From: Rhizodiscina lignyota | Taxonomy: Eukaryota | Reading direction: 5' to 3' | DNA length: 64,000 nt | NCBI GenBank assembly: GCA_010015805.1 | Contig: ML978121.1 | Span: 3,844,001-3,908,000, forward strand | Shown: positions 47,379-60,887 of the stretch, piece after piece | Numbering within the stretch: position 1 is the first letter of the stretch | Layout of the letters: every line of letters starts with the position of its first letter | Position numbers and translations under genes: made by a program | The notes under the pieces: model-generated | What the model was told of the DNA's origin: nothing | Database searches by the model: none | Seen by the model: only the letters and a program-made list of their open reading frames with translations

Positions 47379-49965
47379 ACGAGAAAATGACATCGGCATC
47401 AAGGAAAGAAAAGATCAGGATGGTTCGATGATTGCGAATGTGAAATGCGAATATCACGGCTAACGATCCATTTGCGATAGAAGGTTGATATGGCTCGATA
47501 CCGTATAGCTTTTGACGAATATGATACCTTCGATTCGCTTGTACTCCATTCGCGGCTGGCCTGAGAGTAGTTATAATGGCACGCCAATCAAGCTAACTAG
47601 CTAATAGAAGGTTTGGCGTGGGATAATCCCAAGTTGGCCGATTCGTCAATTTTGTTAAGGACAACTAAAAGTCTCCTCCCGTTTGAACTGTGCCGGATCC
47701 ATAATGAACTCACAGCGTGATCTTCCTTTGTCGGAAGCCTAGCTACAGCAATTTGCTTGTATGCTAAGCCGCCACTCGGTTGCGTTGCATATCTATTACC
47801 GCTAGGCATGTGATGGGCAATATCTCGCTATCTAAGCTAAAGTACAGTAAACATTAACGAGCTCAAGCTTGTCACGTCTTATAGAGTATGTACAGAAGCA
47901 GGTTTGTTATAGTTGAAATCGCTAATCCAATGTCTTTATGGAAGAATGTATGGGTTGCGTGAGGGCACAAAGGGATGGCCAATGAAAGCTGCAGTTTGTT
48001 GAGCCTCAGCCTTGCAAACTGAAAATATCTCAATTGAATAGACTAGTAAAAATCATATTGATTGTCGCCAAACGGTGCTTAAATGGAACTTTTTCTTGCT
48101 GATGCGAGCCAATAATCTTACATGGATCTAACTATTCGCCAACATCAACCTGATTCTGATGAGAATTATATTGATGCTCGGTTATCAGTGGCTATAGGCC
48201 TCTTTACTTGTGCTAATTAGTGTTACCTAAGATTTCCATGTCAGGACGTGCTTTATTAAGGAGTATCAAACTAAACAAATTAGGCCTCAAAGCCTGAATT
48301 GGTACCGCTTGATCAAGCACTACAGTTATGTGGTCATTGACTATATATTTGAAAGTAAATTTTAGTGTACTCACTTAATCAGAGTTGTCTGGTGTAGGGG
48401 GCAGCCCCCTCTACCTCCACAGCGTAACCGGAACTCGTTGTTCCAAATAACCCGCTGTTCCAAATGGAGTCAGTCTTTTAATGGGTTTCTAAAGACTTAA
48501 ATAACTACCTGTTCGATCCATGGTGGATCACCCTTTTTTTTTGGGCTGTAATTTTTTTTAAATCTTTTTTTCCCCTCCCACAGACTCGGGTCGATCCTCT
48601 TATATAACATACGCGATCCGATACTAGTTGACCTCGTATTTAAGAAAGAAGCTATTGAATTATTACTAACGAGCCCGGTTGATGGCTAGTCTTTGCTAGA
48701 TGTGGGTAGCTTTCAACTTGCACTCGCACCGTAGTTATCAGCCCCTTCTCCAGTCGAACTTTTACTGAAGTATAGATCCGATCCTAATCATCGCTTTAGA
48801 GGATACTGTGTATGGGAAATGGTCTTGTGTCACGCTGAAAACTTTCGTCCAAAGCTTCATCGATACTAGTAACATCCGAGACTATGAATGCTGGCTTAGC
48901 TCAGACTGGAAATAATTCTGGGTTGGGACGATCGTTCGGAGGAGCTTGGGAGTGAGAATGAACGAGGTAGGAAAGGAGAAATAAGAAGAGGACAGGGGTT
49001 TCATTTAATAAGGAATCTTGGACAGTATGACGAGGCAAGGAGAGAGGACAGTCCATGTGCCCCCGCTCAACTCTTAAGACTTATCTTCCATTGTCGATGC
49101 AGAACCTGAATACGCCGCGATATTCGCCGCGGCACGCAACGATGTCACTCCAGCGTCCTTACAGAAACATGGACACACGTATTTTTCCTTTCCTCCCCCC
49201 TCTCCCCCTCTCCCTTCTCTCACTTCTCAAAACACTATACCATAGACGCCTTGATGGCCGCTCAAAAGCTCTACACCAGTGCTGTATATATGACGCTGAG
49301 ACGTTTAAGGGTGTCGAATGTGCTCTTGAATTCACGCATGCCGACAGGCGCGAGGCATTACTCGATCTATATGCGTAAGCAACAAGTCGAGCGCCCGAGC
49401 ATAATCGAATTGAAGCTTGAGACCTGTGCGCCAGTTGGAAGCTTGGTAGGGGTGTTAAGTTGAGTTAAGACTTCACCTGCGCGTGGAAACTGTAAGCATA
49501 CACCCCAAAGAACGTAGAGCCGAGCTCTCGGAGATAGTCTCACTCACCTTAGAGTACAAGAGCTGGGGCGTTACTGCTTGCCTAGCGGGCAAATATTTTG
49601 TCACCCTCAAGCCATGCAACCTCACATGGACGTCACAAAAACTAAGAGATCACAATGCTCACGTTGCATGTATGAGAGGGCGATGTAGCACATAAACATT
49701 ATATATACTAGACGTATCATCAGCTTCGTTATCTTTACACGGCTCACATGCACTGCGGAAAACGAGATGGACTCAAGCTTGTCGATCCAACCATCAAACG
49801 CGCAAATGACCGGGTGCGCCAGTGCTACTGTATCCCATCCTAGCGCCAGTTTTGCAAATATGCATATCCATAGTTCAACTTCCCTCCAGATTATCATTCT
49901 TAGTAGAATCCATCCGTTCGCCTCATCGCATGCAATTTCCATCCCCTCATAGTCCCTCCAGGCCT

Positions 49966-50907
49966 TTACGAATAATCATCCTTGACTCTTCCACCCAATC
50001 TGTCCCTCTCGCTATCAAGGAAGCTGCCTCGGCTCACTCCACTCTTCTGACTCCTCGCGCTCCGCACGCTACGCCTGTTCCGGCTGAAGAATCCACCTCG
50101 CGTGCCTCGCGTGCCTGTGCTATATCCGTAGGCGTCGTTCGTGCTGCGGTTCGATGCGCCGGCGAGGCAGTATAGTATCGTGGAGAGGAAAAGGCACGCC
50201 ATGGCGGCCCAGGTGAAGGCGTAAGCCTTGACACCGAGCTTGGATGATTGGCCGGCGGAGCGGAAGACATCGCGGCCTTGGATGGTCCATGCACTGGTAT
50301 AGAGTCAGTCTTGTAAGATGCAAAGATTGCCATTATCGAGAGCACTCACGTCATCAAGCTCGCCGTGATGGCCTGGAAGAAACAAGCGACTGCCGTGCTC
50401 AGTGCAGACACGTACGCACCCAGCCTTGCGCACATCGCCAGGAAGCCCGTCAACAGCGCCATCACAGCGAAGAACAGCGCGATAAGGTAGAATGCGAACA
50501 TGAACCTGCTCAAGTAGTAATAACGGTTCGTGCCAATGAACTGGTGAGGCACGCCTGTGGTCGTACCAAAGTCATTATGATGAGGTGGGTCGAACGGCAG
50601 CGCTGGGACAACATGGCGACAGTTGGTGTTGTGTCCGTTCGAGTTGACGCCGCAGATGGCGAAGAAGGTCCATCGCGCGGGATTTGGTGCGCCAGGGATG
50701 CCGTTGGTGCTGGTTTGGAGGAAGTAGATTTGGTCTTCGGGGGAGCCGTTTGTGCCGCCGGAGAGGATGACGAGGAATTGGAGGACGATGGCGCCGGCGA
50801 CGAGGATCCAGGATACGAGAGATAAGTGTGTCTCTGATGGAGAGATGCATTAGCAGTGAGAACGAACAACGGGTTTGGAGGGTGATGTCGGACGTACGAA
50901 CAGCCAT
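49966..50907 (-). CDS. SUR7/PalI-family membrane protein
   Basis: Spliced; four hydrophobic segments, RWTFFAICG motif, YYYLSRFMFAFYLIALFF, LGVKAYAFTWAAMACL. Confidence 0.85.
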
Positions 50908-53673
50908 GGCGGAGCGACCGAAAATCGAGATGGCGCGCTAATTGCGATTGCCTGATCGAGGCTGGGATTCTGTTTCGATTGAGTTGGACCCCGGAGGTTG
51001 ATATTTCAAAACAAATCGACCTCTGGAGGCTTGTAATTGCCTTTGAAACACGTTTTTGCAGACTGGAGGGGCGCAGAAGGCGGAGTGACGAGGATAGAAG
51101 CTCTTGTATGGATGGCAGCTCCTGCAGCTTCGTACGCCGAACCGGGGTGACGTATATTTTTCACTTCTTTGTACGGAGTATACGCGCGCAGCACGGCACT
51201 AGCCCGATCTAAATGCAACACCAGGCGAATTGAACAGCTCGAGGCTCTCTCTGGCTCCTCAGAAACCAGGTTTTGCTGCAAACAGCTTTGTGGGGGAGTG
51301 GGCTCTAGCTCGATTGCAACACGTCACTGTCACTGGAGCACGACAGATCCCGGTATGGACATGGACCGGATCACACTGGAAAAGTGTTTCAGACGAGCCA
51401 ATTGCACGGGCTAAGGAGACGCTGCTCGAGTACGGCCTAGCCTTGGTGGTAGAACGCTGCTTCGGGCATTCGTGAGAGCTGATCCTGCACCGCGTGGCTT
51501 CTCGCGCTCACGATGACGTATACAGCACCATTTCACGATGGGGAGAAGGTCCAGGCGAGCGGAGTCTGGGCCGAACTGCTAAAAGATGGAGAAAAGACGT
51601 CGCATGAGGGATGGCTCAAGCTTAGGGCAAAGGGCGAGCGACGACTTTTGCGGTCGGAGGAAGCCGCGAACGGGCCCAACGGCTGAGTCTATCCAGACGA
51701 CAAGTCGACCGGACGAAAGCGCCAAGGTACTCTGTGATTGTCAATATAGACTCGATAGTCCCTTCGTTGGATATTTTGAATTAGAAGAATCATCTCAAGC
51801 CTTCCATTGTTCTGATAAAAGCCTCAATTACCTCACTCGCTCGTCTCCACATTGCATGTAGCAGCGTAGCTTTGCCTCGACCCACGCATCGTACGACTGA
51901 ATGACTTGACGGATGATAAAAGGGGTCGATGAGAAGAAGTGGATGTGGGTGCATTTAGCTATGCACGTCCAGGAATTGTATAGTGATTGAAACCCAACGA
52001 CGCAGAGTGGAATGGCGAGGGAAACGGAACAGCAAAGAGATGGAGTTGCCACGGTGGGACCATGTTACGAAAGAATCACTTCAAGACTTGAAAACAATAC
52101 TTGATGCGATGTATCTTCCTCTGCGAAAATCATCATGCAGCTATGTGCTTGTTTGGAGCGGAACCTACGCATAACGCTCTAGAGTTGGAGGAGACAGACA
52201 TGGGGAGAAAAGCGGACGTTGGACTGGACATTCAAACCCTCCCTGAGGGGGAATACAGAACGAGAAGTATGAACAGGAAAAATAGAAAGAGATAATGATG
52301 AGAGAAAGAGGAGTTTGAGTTGGTATCGTTTCTCTCGTTTTCGTTCCCTTCTGTGCCCTTCAGGCGATGATTCCGTCGCCATCTCTTTTTAAATGAACTT
52401 GAACCTCGCTTTCTCTAAATTATTCAGGTTTGCAAAGTAAAATCTCGTATATACGGAACTGAAATCGCAGCTGAGGCTGAATGTGTCTGAGAGAGCGTGA
52501 CGGAGTGATCACCAGGGGCGGCATCTTGGCACAATAACAGCTTGCAGCAGCCACCACAGGTCGATTAGACTTGGAAAAAGAGTCGGCGGTTTTTGGAATG
52601 TTTAGAGGGTCGCTGTGGCTTGGAAAGAACTGCTGGGAACCTTATTTATTGCGTTGGTGGCCCGTGGCGAAGCGTTTTGTTGACAATTATTTTAAGGGTC
52701 GGTAGGTATATATTCAAAATCGAATTTCGGTTTTCTCAGCGGGCTGCGGCGGACAACTTAGTACCGGCGGTTGGGGGAGGCATTCCGTACTGAGGTTTGC
52801 TAACGATATCAATGCGTTCGTGGGCCGATTCCCACCCAGCTCCATTGATTTTTTTTTCTCGTCATTTTTTTCTTTTCTTCTCTCCTCATTTTTTAAAATT
52901 TTTTATTCAAAGTTTTGTGCTCTCACAGGCGTAAGATGGGAGCTGTCTTGAGCAATTCCCGACCCGCTCTATGAGCGGCGCTTGGAGCTAATCACGCCGA
53001 AACTTGGAAACCTATCTATCTGTGGAGATTTTTTCTACCATTGGCATAACCTGCAGTACAAAGTAACAAAGTAAGATATGACAGCCTGCAAGGTATTCAC
53101 AACTATCTGCCGCTTTCGCTGGTAATGGCGCTTATTTCATATTATACGTATTAACCTATGTAAAGCAACTCGGAATCTTAGATCCCTCAACAATCTCAAG
53201 AAGGCTCGACCGTTTAACAGGGCTGTATTAGGGCGTAATGGCGCAAGAGGCAAGGGGTTGTGAGTTCGTACTATCATTTCATATCGTGCATATGTATATT
53301 TCAATAATTTCAATCGCAAAGTCGATCGCAGCAATTGTATTGAATCTCTGCAGCCACTCGTATCACCAATCAAAGCAGTTTAGAAGACGAGCGACACCGA
53401 GCTAAAGTTTTTCTACATGTTCAAATAAGAGGTTCGTCACAGAGACAAGAACTAACAAGGTAGCTGCAAAAGCTGACGACATATCATTCCTAGGCTACAC
53501 CATAATCTTTTGAATCCAACCCTCCAGACTCCGCATGCTTTGCAAAGCACAATTCACTACCCACGACGGGGGCGACCATACTCCATTCCCCCTTCTTCCG
53601 CTAGCAGCGACACGAAAAGCCCAAACTTCATTTGTCTCATGGCACATTGCTCGCACTCCAGCCACTGTTCCAA

Positions 53674-56600
53674 TTACGCCACACTTGCGACAACGAGTGT
53701 CGCTACAGCCGGCTCATCGCTTCTCGCCTCGATCTTCATGGTCACACCCGTCTTCGCGCTGTACGCCATGCGCACCAGTGCCGCGACTTTGCCGCCGCCG
53801 ATTGTCTTACCGTAAAGCTTGAGCGTGTGCGTTGAAGAATTGAGCGCGACGTCTGTGCCTTCGAGCGGCTGGAGGGAGAGTGTCTTGGGGAGGGTCTCGA
53901 CTGCTTCTGTTCGGTTATCAGTAACTTGTAGTAGCAGTGATATTTGCGTAGCTCAAGCATGGGCTTGATGATGTTGGGAAGATGAAACATACCTGAGATA
54001 CTCTTGACTCCAGCCAATTGCAATGTCTCACTAGCCTCATCCGCCTCATCACCAGCGCCCGCCTGCTCCCATACATTGTCGAAGCTACCCGCATATGCCG
54101 GCAGGACGTAGTCACTACCACTGAGCTCTAGATCCTCAACCTGGTATTCGTCCTCGTATCCACCTTCTTCCGGCTCGCTTGTCGTCGGGTCGATTTCCTT
54201 AAGCGTGAATTTGAGCACATTGGTGAAGCTCGCAGCAACATATTTCTGCGCCTCTGGATCGACCTTCTTGAACGCGACATAAACCGTACCCGGAATGTCA
54301 GTGACGAGTTTCTCGGCTGGGATAATAAACTCTTCTTCCAGCATGGCACCGCCATCTTCGTCTTCCGATGGTGTAGAGACAAGAGAGACGTCGGCGAGAA
54401 CGGTGTCGGGAAGCGTGTTCTTGATAGAGAACTGTAGGACGATGTGGCTGGCGAAGATGTGCTTGATGCAGCTGACGACGTACTCGGTCTCGCTCTCGGT
54501 GAGTTCGACAGTGAGGCTGCTCTTGAGGACGCCACCGAATGCAGCAATCTCGGGGATCTTCTGCAGTTCGGCAGCATATTGCTGCGTGGCGGCAGCGGCG
54601 TTCTGGGCAGCGTCGGCACCGGCACCTCTCGCAGTTGGTTTCGGCCCGGTAGAGGGCGCCTTGAGAGTGGGAGTGGCGGTGGTGAGCTTCTTCGTGCGGT
54701 CTTCGGCGTCTGCTTGTTCGCGCGTGACGACAGGAATTTTGGAGAGGTCGAATGGCGTAGCGAAGGTCTCTTTTGAGGTATCCGTGACGTACATGACCAG
54801 TTGGTGCTCGAGGACAGGGAGGGAGAACATTGAGTCTACGGGACGTTAGCACCTATTGGACCGCGGAGGGTGTGTGCGCATTGAGGAACTTGCCATTCCT
54901 GATGAATCGCTCTGCCATATCTTCACCTTCCTCACCTTCCTTCTCCATCAACCGCAAGTTCAGCGCTGCGCGATCTCTGACTTCGTCGTCGGTGTCATCC
55001 AAACATCTTGTTAGTAGCACGTGCACGCTGCGCTTGACTTCGGGGTCCTTCTGTCCGACACCAAACTTGGCCAGGGCAGTGACTGCGGCGGCGCGAACGA
55101 TAGCATTTTCGAGTACGACGCGGTTGTAGATGTATCGGATGTATTTCGTCGGATGTGGTGTCTTGGGACCTTCCATACCGAGAAGGTGGAGGATGCGAAC
55201 AGCGAGCTTCGTAAACTCGCAGTCTTCGATGAATTCGCAGAGGTGTGCAAGGGCTGCAAACTATCAGAAGCATTCATGAAGAGAGGATTCTTAAACTTAC
55301 CGTCTTCCTTGCTCTCAGGCACAAACTTGATCAGGTCGAACATGCTCTCCACGACAGCTCGCTTGAACTCATAGCCGCCCTCATCTCTGAGGATGCCGCT
55401 GAGGAATGCAAGCATGCCCGCCTGCTTGCTTGGGAATTTGAGGCACAATGTGCGAATGGCTTCCACAATGGTAACCTTGAACTCGTCGGTGATCTCCGCC
55501 ATGAACCCAGATATCTGCTTCATCAAACGATCAACGCTCGACTCATTGCCAGTCTTCAGAAGCGTGGTGATGGCGAACGTGGCTATTGACCGGTTGCTGT
55601 TTGTGATGAGCGCCTCGATATCCTGATTGCACGTCCGTACCGAATCTGGCTTGAACGAGGCGAAGCTGTGCAAGATACGAATCGCTGCGAATTTGGTGAC
55701 AGCACGTGGGGAGGTTAGGAACAGCTGGAGGACATGAATGGCTTGGACGACTTCTGCATCTGTAACATCTTGCATGTCGCAGATGGCTTTTGCGGCCTCG
55801 AAGTTGACCATTTCGCTCTTGTGCCTTAGCCATCCATCGAGTAGTTGTATCATTGGTTTCCGCAAGCCAGGATCTTCCTCTGCAAGCTTAGCCGCTAGTC
55901 GTACGAGCATGACGGTTGCTGCTGGGCTCTTGACAACACCTGCAGCACTGTATTGTTGGACCATCTTGACCAGAGCCATTCTGTCATGCGATCGCATCTG
56001 GTATAGCAAGCCAATGGCGTGGTACTGTGTCATGTAATTTGGACTCGTCGTTGCTAGCGCATGACTGCTGGAGGATCCTCCAAAGCCAAGTGAGAAGCCA
56101 CCACCAGACTTTGCACCTGATGCGGCTTCCTGTGTCTCGCTTTGCCATCTTCGAACCACATCGCGCGCTATGGGAAGGAGGTGGTATGCGGAAACAAGTG
56201 CGGCGGAGGAGACGGAGGGGACCTTGTCGACAATGGCGGTTTTGATAGACCGCTCGATTGCTTGCACGGTTGAAGCCTAGACAGATATCAGCACCTTGAA
56301 ATGCCAGCCTCTGGAGATCAGTCTCTTACGTCTATTATCCGACACAATGCCCGAATGGCGTTTGCTCGATATACAACGTCGCTTCCCATAGCCGTATCCT
56401 TCATGATACTGCTCGTGACCATAATGATATCCTCCGCCGTTGTCGCCAGCTCCTTGATGACAAGGTATACCATCTGCCGTAAACTGGCATCTTTGTTCTG
56501 GAAGAGCTTCGATATGCCAAAGAAGAGGTCGGTGGCTTCGGTGGTAGGAAACTTCTCTCCCGTGAAGAGAAGGAGAGCAATCTTGGTGAGAAGGATGCGG

Positions 56601-56761
56601 CATTTTCGAGGCGAGACTGGAGAAGTATTGAAGACTCGCGCTACAACGTATCAGTTCATAGCATACGGGTAAGACTGTAACTGCACACCTTCTTGGAAGA
56701 CGGACGTTCTGTCCACCTTCACAAGAGCCCCGTCCACGTCCTCATCCTTCTTATAACTCAT
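53674..56761 (-). CDS. SEC21: coatomer subunit gamma
   Basis: [58 protein letters not shown]. Multi-exon. Confidence 0.96.
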
Positions 56762-57563
56762 TTTGTGTGAAATGTGGTGCGCGAAAAGAGAAGCTTCCTA
56801 GCCTCTTTGACAATTGCTTGAGTAGTGGGATTTTGAGGGTTGACCGCGAATTCCAACTTCGACGGAAGGTAGGAGGATGACCCAAGGGTTCTAGTCGTCC
56901 ATGCTCGGATGTACAACAATGAGTGAAGCGCTTGGAATAGAGAACGAAACGACTGCACAGCTTGGGAATGGCCCTTGGGTTCGTAATTCGAATTGCTGCT
57001 GTATTATTTCGAGGTGCGGTGTCCATTCACCATTCCAGGGTCAGCTCCGTCCTTGGCGTCCCCAATTCTGCTGCGGTCCGCCTCAGTCGCTATTTCAATT
57101 TCCTACAGCAAAACGAGAGGCAGAAAGATTGCAGTCTTACTCTCAGTTTGAATCTATATCTGTGATCGCCAAGGCCCCGCACTCATGCAACTCTACGTCA
57201 GTCATTTCCAATTGTTCAAATCTTCGATCTCAACTTCCATCATGCTTCTCTCATTGCGATGTATTCTCATCCGCCCAAGCATTGGCGTTAGCTAAGCCCC
57301 TCAAGCTCGTAACCTCATGCCCGAAAGGGCATAGACTCGTATAGGTCACCCTGAATTGGTATAGAATCTTGACGCGTAATTCGGCGAGCGGAGAGTTAAG
57401 TTTCAGGCGCCAACAATCCACTTCGCCGAGAGCCATAGTGGTATATGTAGGAGACATTTCCTTTCTTCCAAGCCAGAGCAGAATGCTCAGAATTTCACCT
57501 TTACGGCCAAGCGGGCTGAAGATTCACATTTAACGATACCGGAACTCCTGAGGCGCATAGCCA

Positions 57564-58864
57564 ATGATGGCTTTCTATGAAAGGTCTCGATCGCGGGGAA
57601 ACATCTTCTATCTTTCCATCACAGTCGCCTTCATTGTGACATTGCTCACGCTATGGCTTGGGCTGCTCTCATACACGACTCCTTTCCCAGCCGCCCCTCC
57701 CCACCAGGAACCGGTCGCAGCAGATGACGATAGTCATCATGGTATGGTTTTGAATCCTCTACAAGAAAATCCATGCATGAATGTTCCTAATTAATTTCCA
57801 GAGTCAGCAGACATCCAGAACCCAGAGAATTTAATTCAACTACAGCCCCAATTCTTCACAGACCTTGGCAGCAAGCGCGTCCAAATCAAATATGGACCGT
57901 TCACAGTACCCGGATCCGGCACCAACAATGGCATGAAAGATTTCGTGGACGAAAAAGCAACTAAGCCATGCGATGATTGCCTCATCACGTACATGCGGGC
58001 TGGCCTGCAGTACCCGGACGGAGCGAATGCAAATGCCAACACAGGCATGTGGCTGCACCATGTCGTGCTTCTCGATACTGCAGTGCCTGATACCGTGTGC
58101 CCAAAGGACCGGAAAGGTCGCCCAGTGCCAAATCGTTTCTTTGCGAGTGGTAACGAGAGGACGGCTATGGATCTGAGCGGCGCTAGGTATGTCCCATGGC
58201 ACCAGAGCAATACAATGTCCTGTTCGTGATATGGAATACGGACCTGTGCTGACCCTGAATGCACAGCACCATTCAGACTGGGTATTTCCTCAGCGCTCAG
58301 TCGCAAGTGGTTGTTACACTCGAGTTGATGAATCAAATGGCTGAGGCCAGAGAAGCCGTCCTTACGGTCGAATACGAGTTCATTCCTTCACCGATTCCAA
58401 AGTCTTTCAAGCATGCGAAATCCATTTGGCTCGATATCGGTGGCTACTGTGGCAATTCCGAAGCCTCCGTTCCAAACGACACATCGACTTTCGATTTCAA
58501 CATGCAGCCGGGATGGAAGGTTCCCGATGGTTGGGAGGAGAATTTGCTAGTCTTTCTCGGTGGCCATTTGCATGATGGCGGAACTCATTTGGAGGCCATG
58601 AAGAGCGGGGGCATCTTTTGCGACAGTGCAGCGACATACGGCGCAAACGATGATTTTATCGACGGGACGGGCGAGAAGATGGCTCATATATCGAACATGT
58701 CATTGTGTCACAAGGCGACGACGCTTAAGGCGGGAGATGAGCTGAGCGTTAAGGCTTATTATGACAAGACGGCGCATCCTATGATGGTGGATGCAGATGC
58801 GAGTTTGGAACCAGTGATGGGAATTGCGATTTTATATGCGGCGCAAAGTGAGGGAGGGAATTGA
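57564..58864 (+). CDS. signal-anchored uncharacterised protein with His motifs resembling PHM-type copper monooxygenases
   Basis: Three exons; N-terminal hydrophobic segment; MWLHH, FFASGNER, GGHLHDGG, PVMGI. Confidence 0.7.
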
Positions 58865-60223
58865 TGAGTCGATGTACATTCAAAGATATATGCTTGGGAA
58901 TATCCGGCCAGTCTAATCTAGTTAGTTGGAACATTGTACCCCCGTCATTCATCCTAAAGTACTATCTGTCAAGGAATCTGCGCCGCATTCAGCTTCAAAC
59001 CACCGCTGAACGTGCGCTAGTTTGTTGACCGTCCGTATAGGCTCCTGCATTCGTGAAAGGGTGTACATCAAATTCCTTCCCAGATTCTTGTGGCTATCGA
59101 TGAATTCGCACTACTTCTCGAACTTTTTCTCGTTAAGTCGTACCATACCTACGAAAAATTGTAAGAGAATCCCTCTATTCCAGTGCCATTGCATCGTTTC
59201 CGCGTATGATTGTAAAGCTATCGTTTGACGTAATTCGGGAGCTACTTCCTTGCTTGGCGCTGACTTGGGGATATTCGACTGTGCTGGCCTGCACCATCCT
59301 TCTGCATAAGACCGTCTCCGGAAGTACGCAGACCTATTAGCAAATAACAGAAAGCAGAAAGCTCCCAGGTAAGAAAAGCTTGCATTCAGTTATCTTGGGG
59401 ATCCGCCTTTTGATTTTCTTGCAGCCTTTAACTGCTCCACTTTTGCGCACAGTCGTTCCTCGACTTTGTCGCTACAGACTTATAAATTTGGCAATGGTTC
59501 AGTCGCCTACGGTAAGCTGAGCTTGCGCTCTGTCCGACTCCGTAACATGCGTGAGGACCGGTATTGTTCATTGACGAATCGAAAGGAAGAGCGGATCGTC
59601 GACAATCGAGGAGAGAAGTGGACCAAATGTCCTCGATTCTGCTCCAGTCTGCTGCTCTCGCTCGACTTCATCCCAATGTTATCTCAGATTGAACCAAGAA
59701 TTTGAAACCAAAAACATGATTCAAACTTAGTTGCGAGCCACTGCATATGACCATTATGTACTTGAGCATTTGGATAAGGCACAAGGTCTTAATGGATCCA
59801 TGCTTCAATCATAGCGGGCAACGTATTCAAATAAACAATCGCTACTCTTGTAGCACTAAAGGGTTGTATGTTTCATTATTGGAATCTGAATGCGCTGGAG
59901 CTACCATTGATTAGACGTCTAATGCTTTTGGCTCCATTCCGCATCCTTTTCCTTTCACGCTCTGTCAGCGTTGTCGGCGTAAGGTTTGATTTGTTTAAAA
60001 TACTCCGTAGTCGTTGCGTATCGTATCATTACCCTGGCACGCAAGAACAAATTCCTCAGTGTGCTACCGTAGTGAATTTCGTTGTAAGACCGATAATATG
60101 CGTGGTGCTATCTGCTACGCGTCGTTATAGTTCGCCCAAGGTCACACAGGGCACGATATCACCACCAAACGCCAAAAGAACCATGAGTGAATAGCAAAAG
60201 GAAGAAGGGACAAAAAAAATACC

Positions 60224-60421
60224 AAAAAATAATGGACAGTCTTAGTTTCATCTTATTAAGATTACTCACACCCAGTACCACGAGAAGGTGCTGTCCGTTA
60301 CTGAGCGCCTAAATGTTAGTATTTTGATCCCTTCGGGGATCGAACCACCCTGCAACACGTTAACCGTACCCGTTCTTTTCAGTTTAATCTCTGTACCGAT
60401 TACCCCACGATGCCCGAAGGC
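60224..60421 (-). ncRNA. putative Pol III-transcribed, intron-containing U6-like small RNA (~137 nt spliced)
   Basis: TATATAA at -31, 5' GCC-UUCG-GGC hairpin, A-box-like TGGGGTAATCGG, ACAGAGA, intron 60369-60309 (GTACGG/TACTAAC/TAG) containing B-box GGTTCGATCCC, 3' stem, T6 terminator. Confidence 0.75.
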
Positions 60422-60887
60422 GATAGTCTGTAAAACTTAAGTTAATTATATAGTCAACAACCACATAACACCGTACGTAGAACTTGGGCTTACAAGAATA
60501 TTTTCGTATAGGTTTCTTTTGGAGCAGCGTTCAGTTAACGTTAAACACGCCCATTCTTGTAAGTTGTGCTTCCTTTCCTATTACTCGGGGTAAAAGGGAG
60601 CACTGCAATTCCGTGCAGCAGTCTTCTGAAAGGCCCATATACCTACACTTCCTTTCCCTGACAACGGAGTCAGCGACAGTCGCTGTCCATGAAAGCGGTT
60701 CAATGTTCACTGAGTAATGTTGATAGATATAAGGCATCAAAGGAGACATATTGGAAAAGAATATGTTGGAGGAGTTCTTGGATCCTGACGTCTACGGAAA
60801 GCGATCATAACAGAATCCTACCCATAACAAACGCTCAACCTGTACCGCACAGAATCCAGCACGCTCTCAGCGTTCTCATACACATCA

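Noticed and set aside
60224..60421. Calling this canonical U6 snRNA, a tRNA or a hammerhead ribozyme
   Set aside because: It lacks the U6 AGC/ISL and 3' sequence, has no cloverleaf, and has no CUGAUGA core despite a GAAAC.
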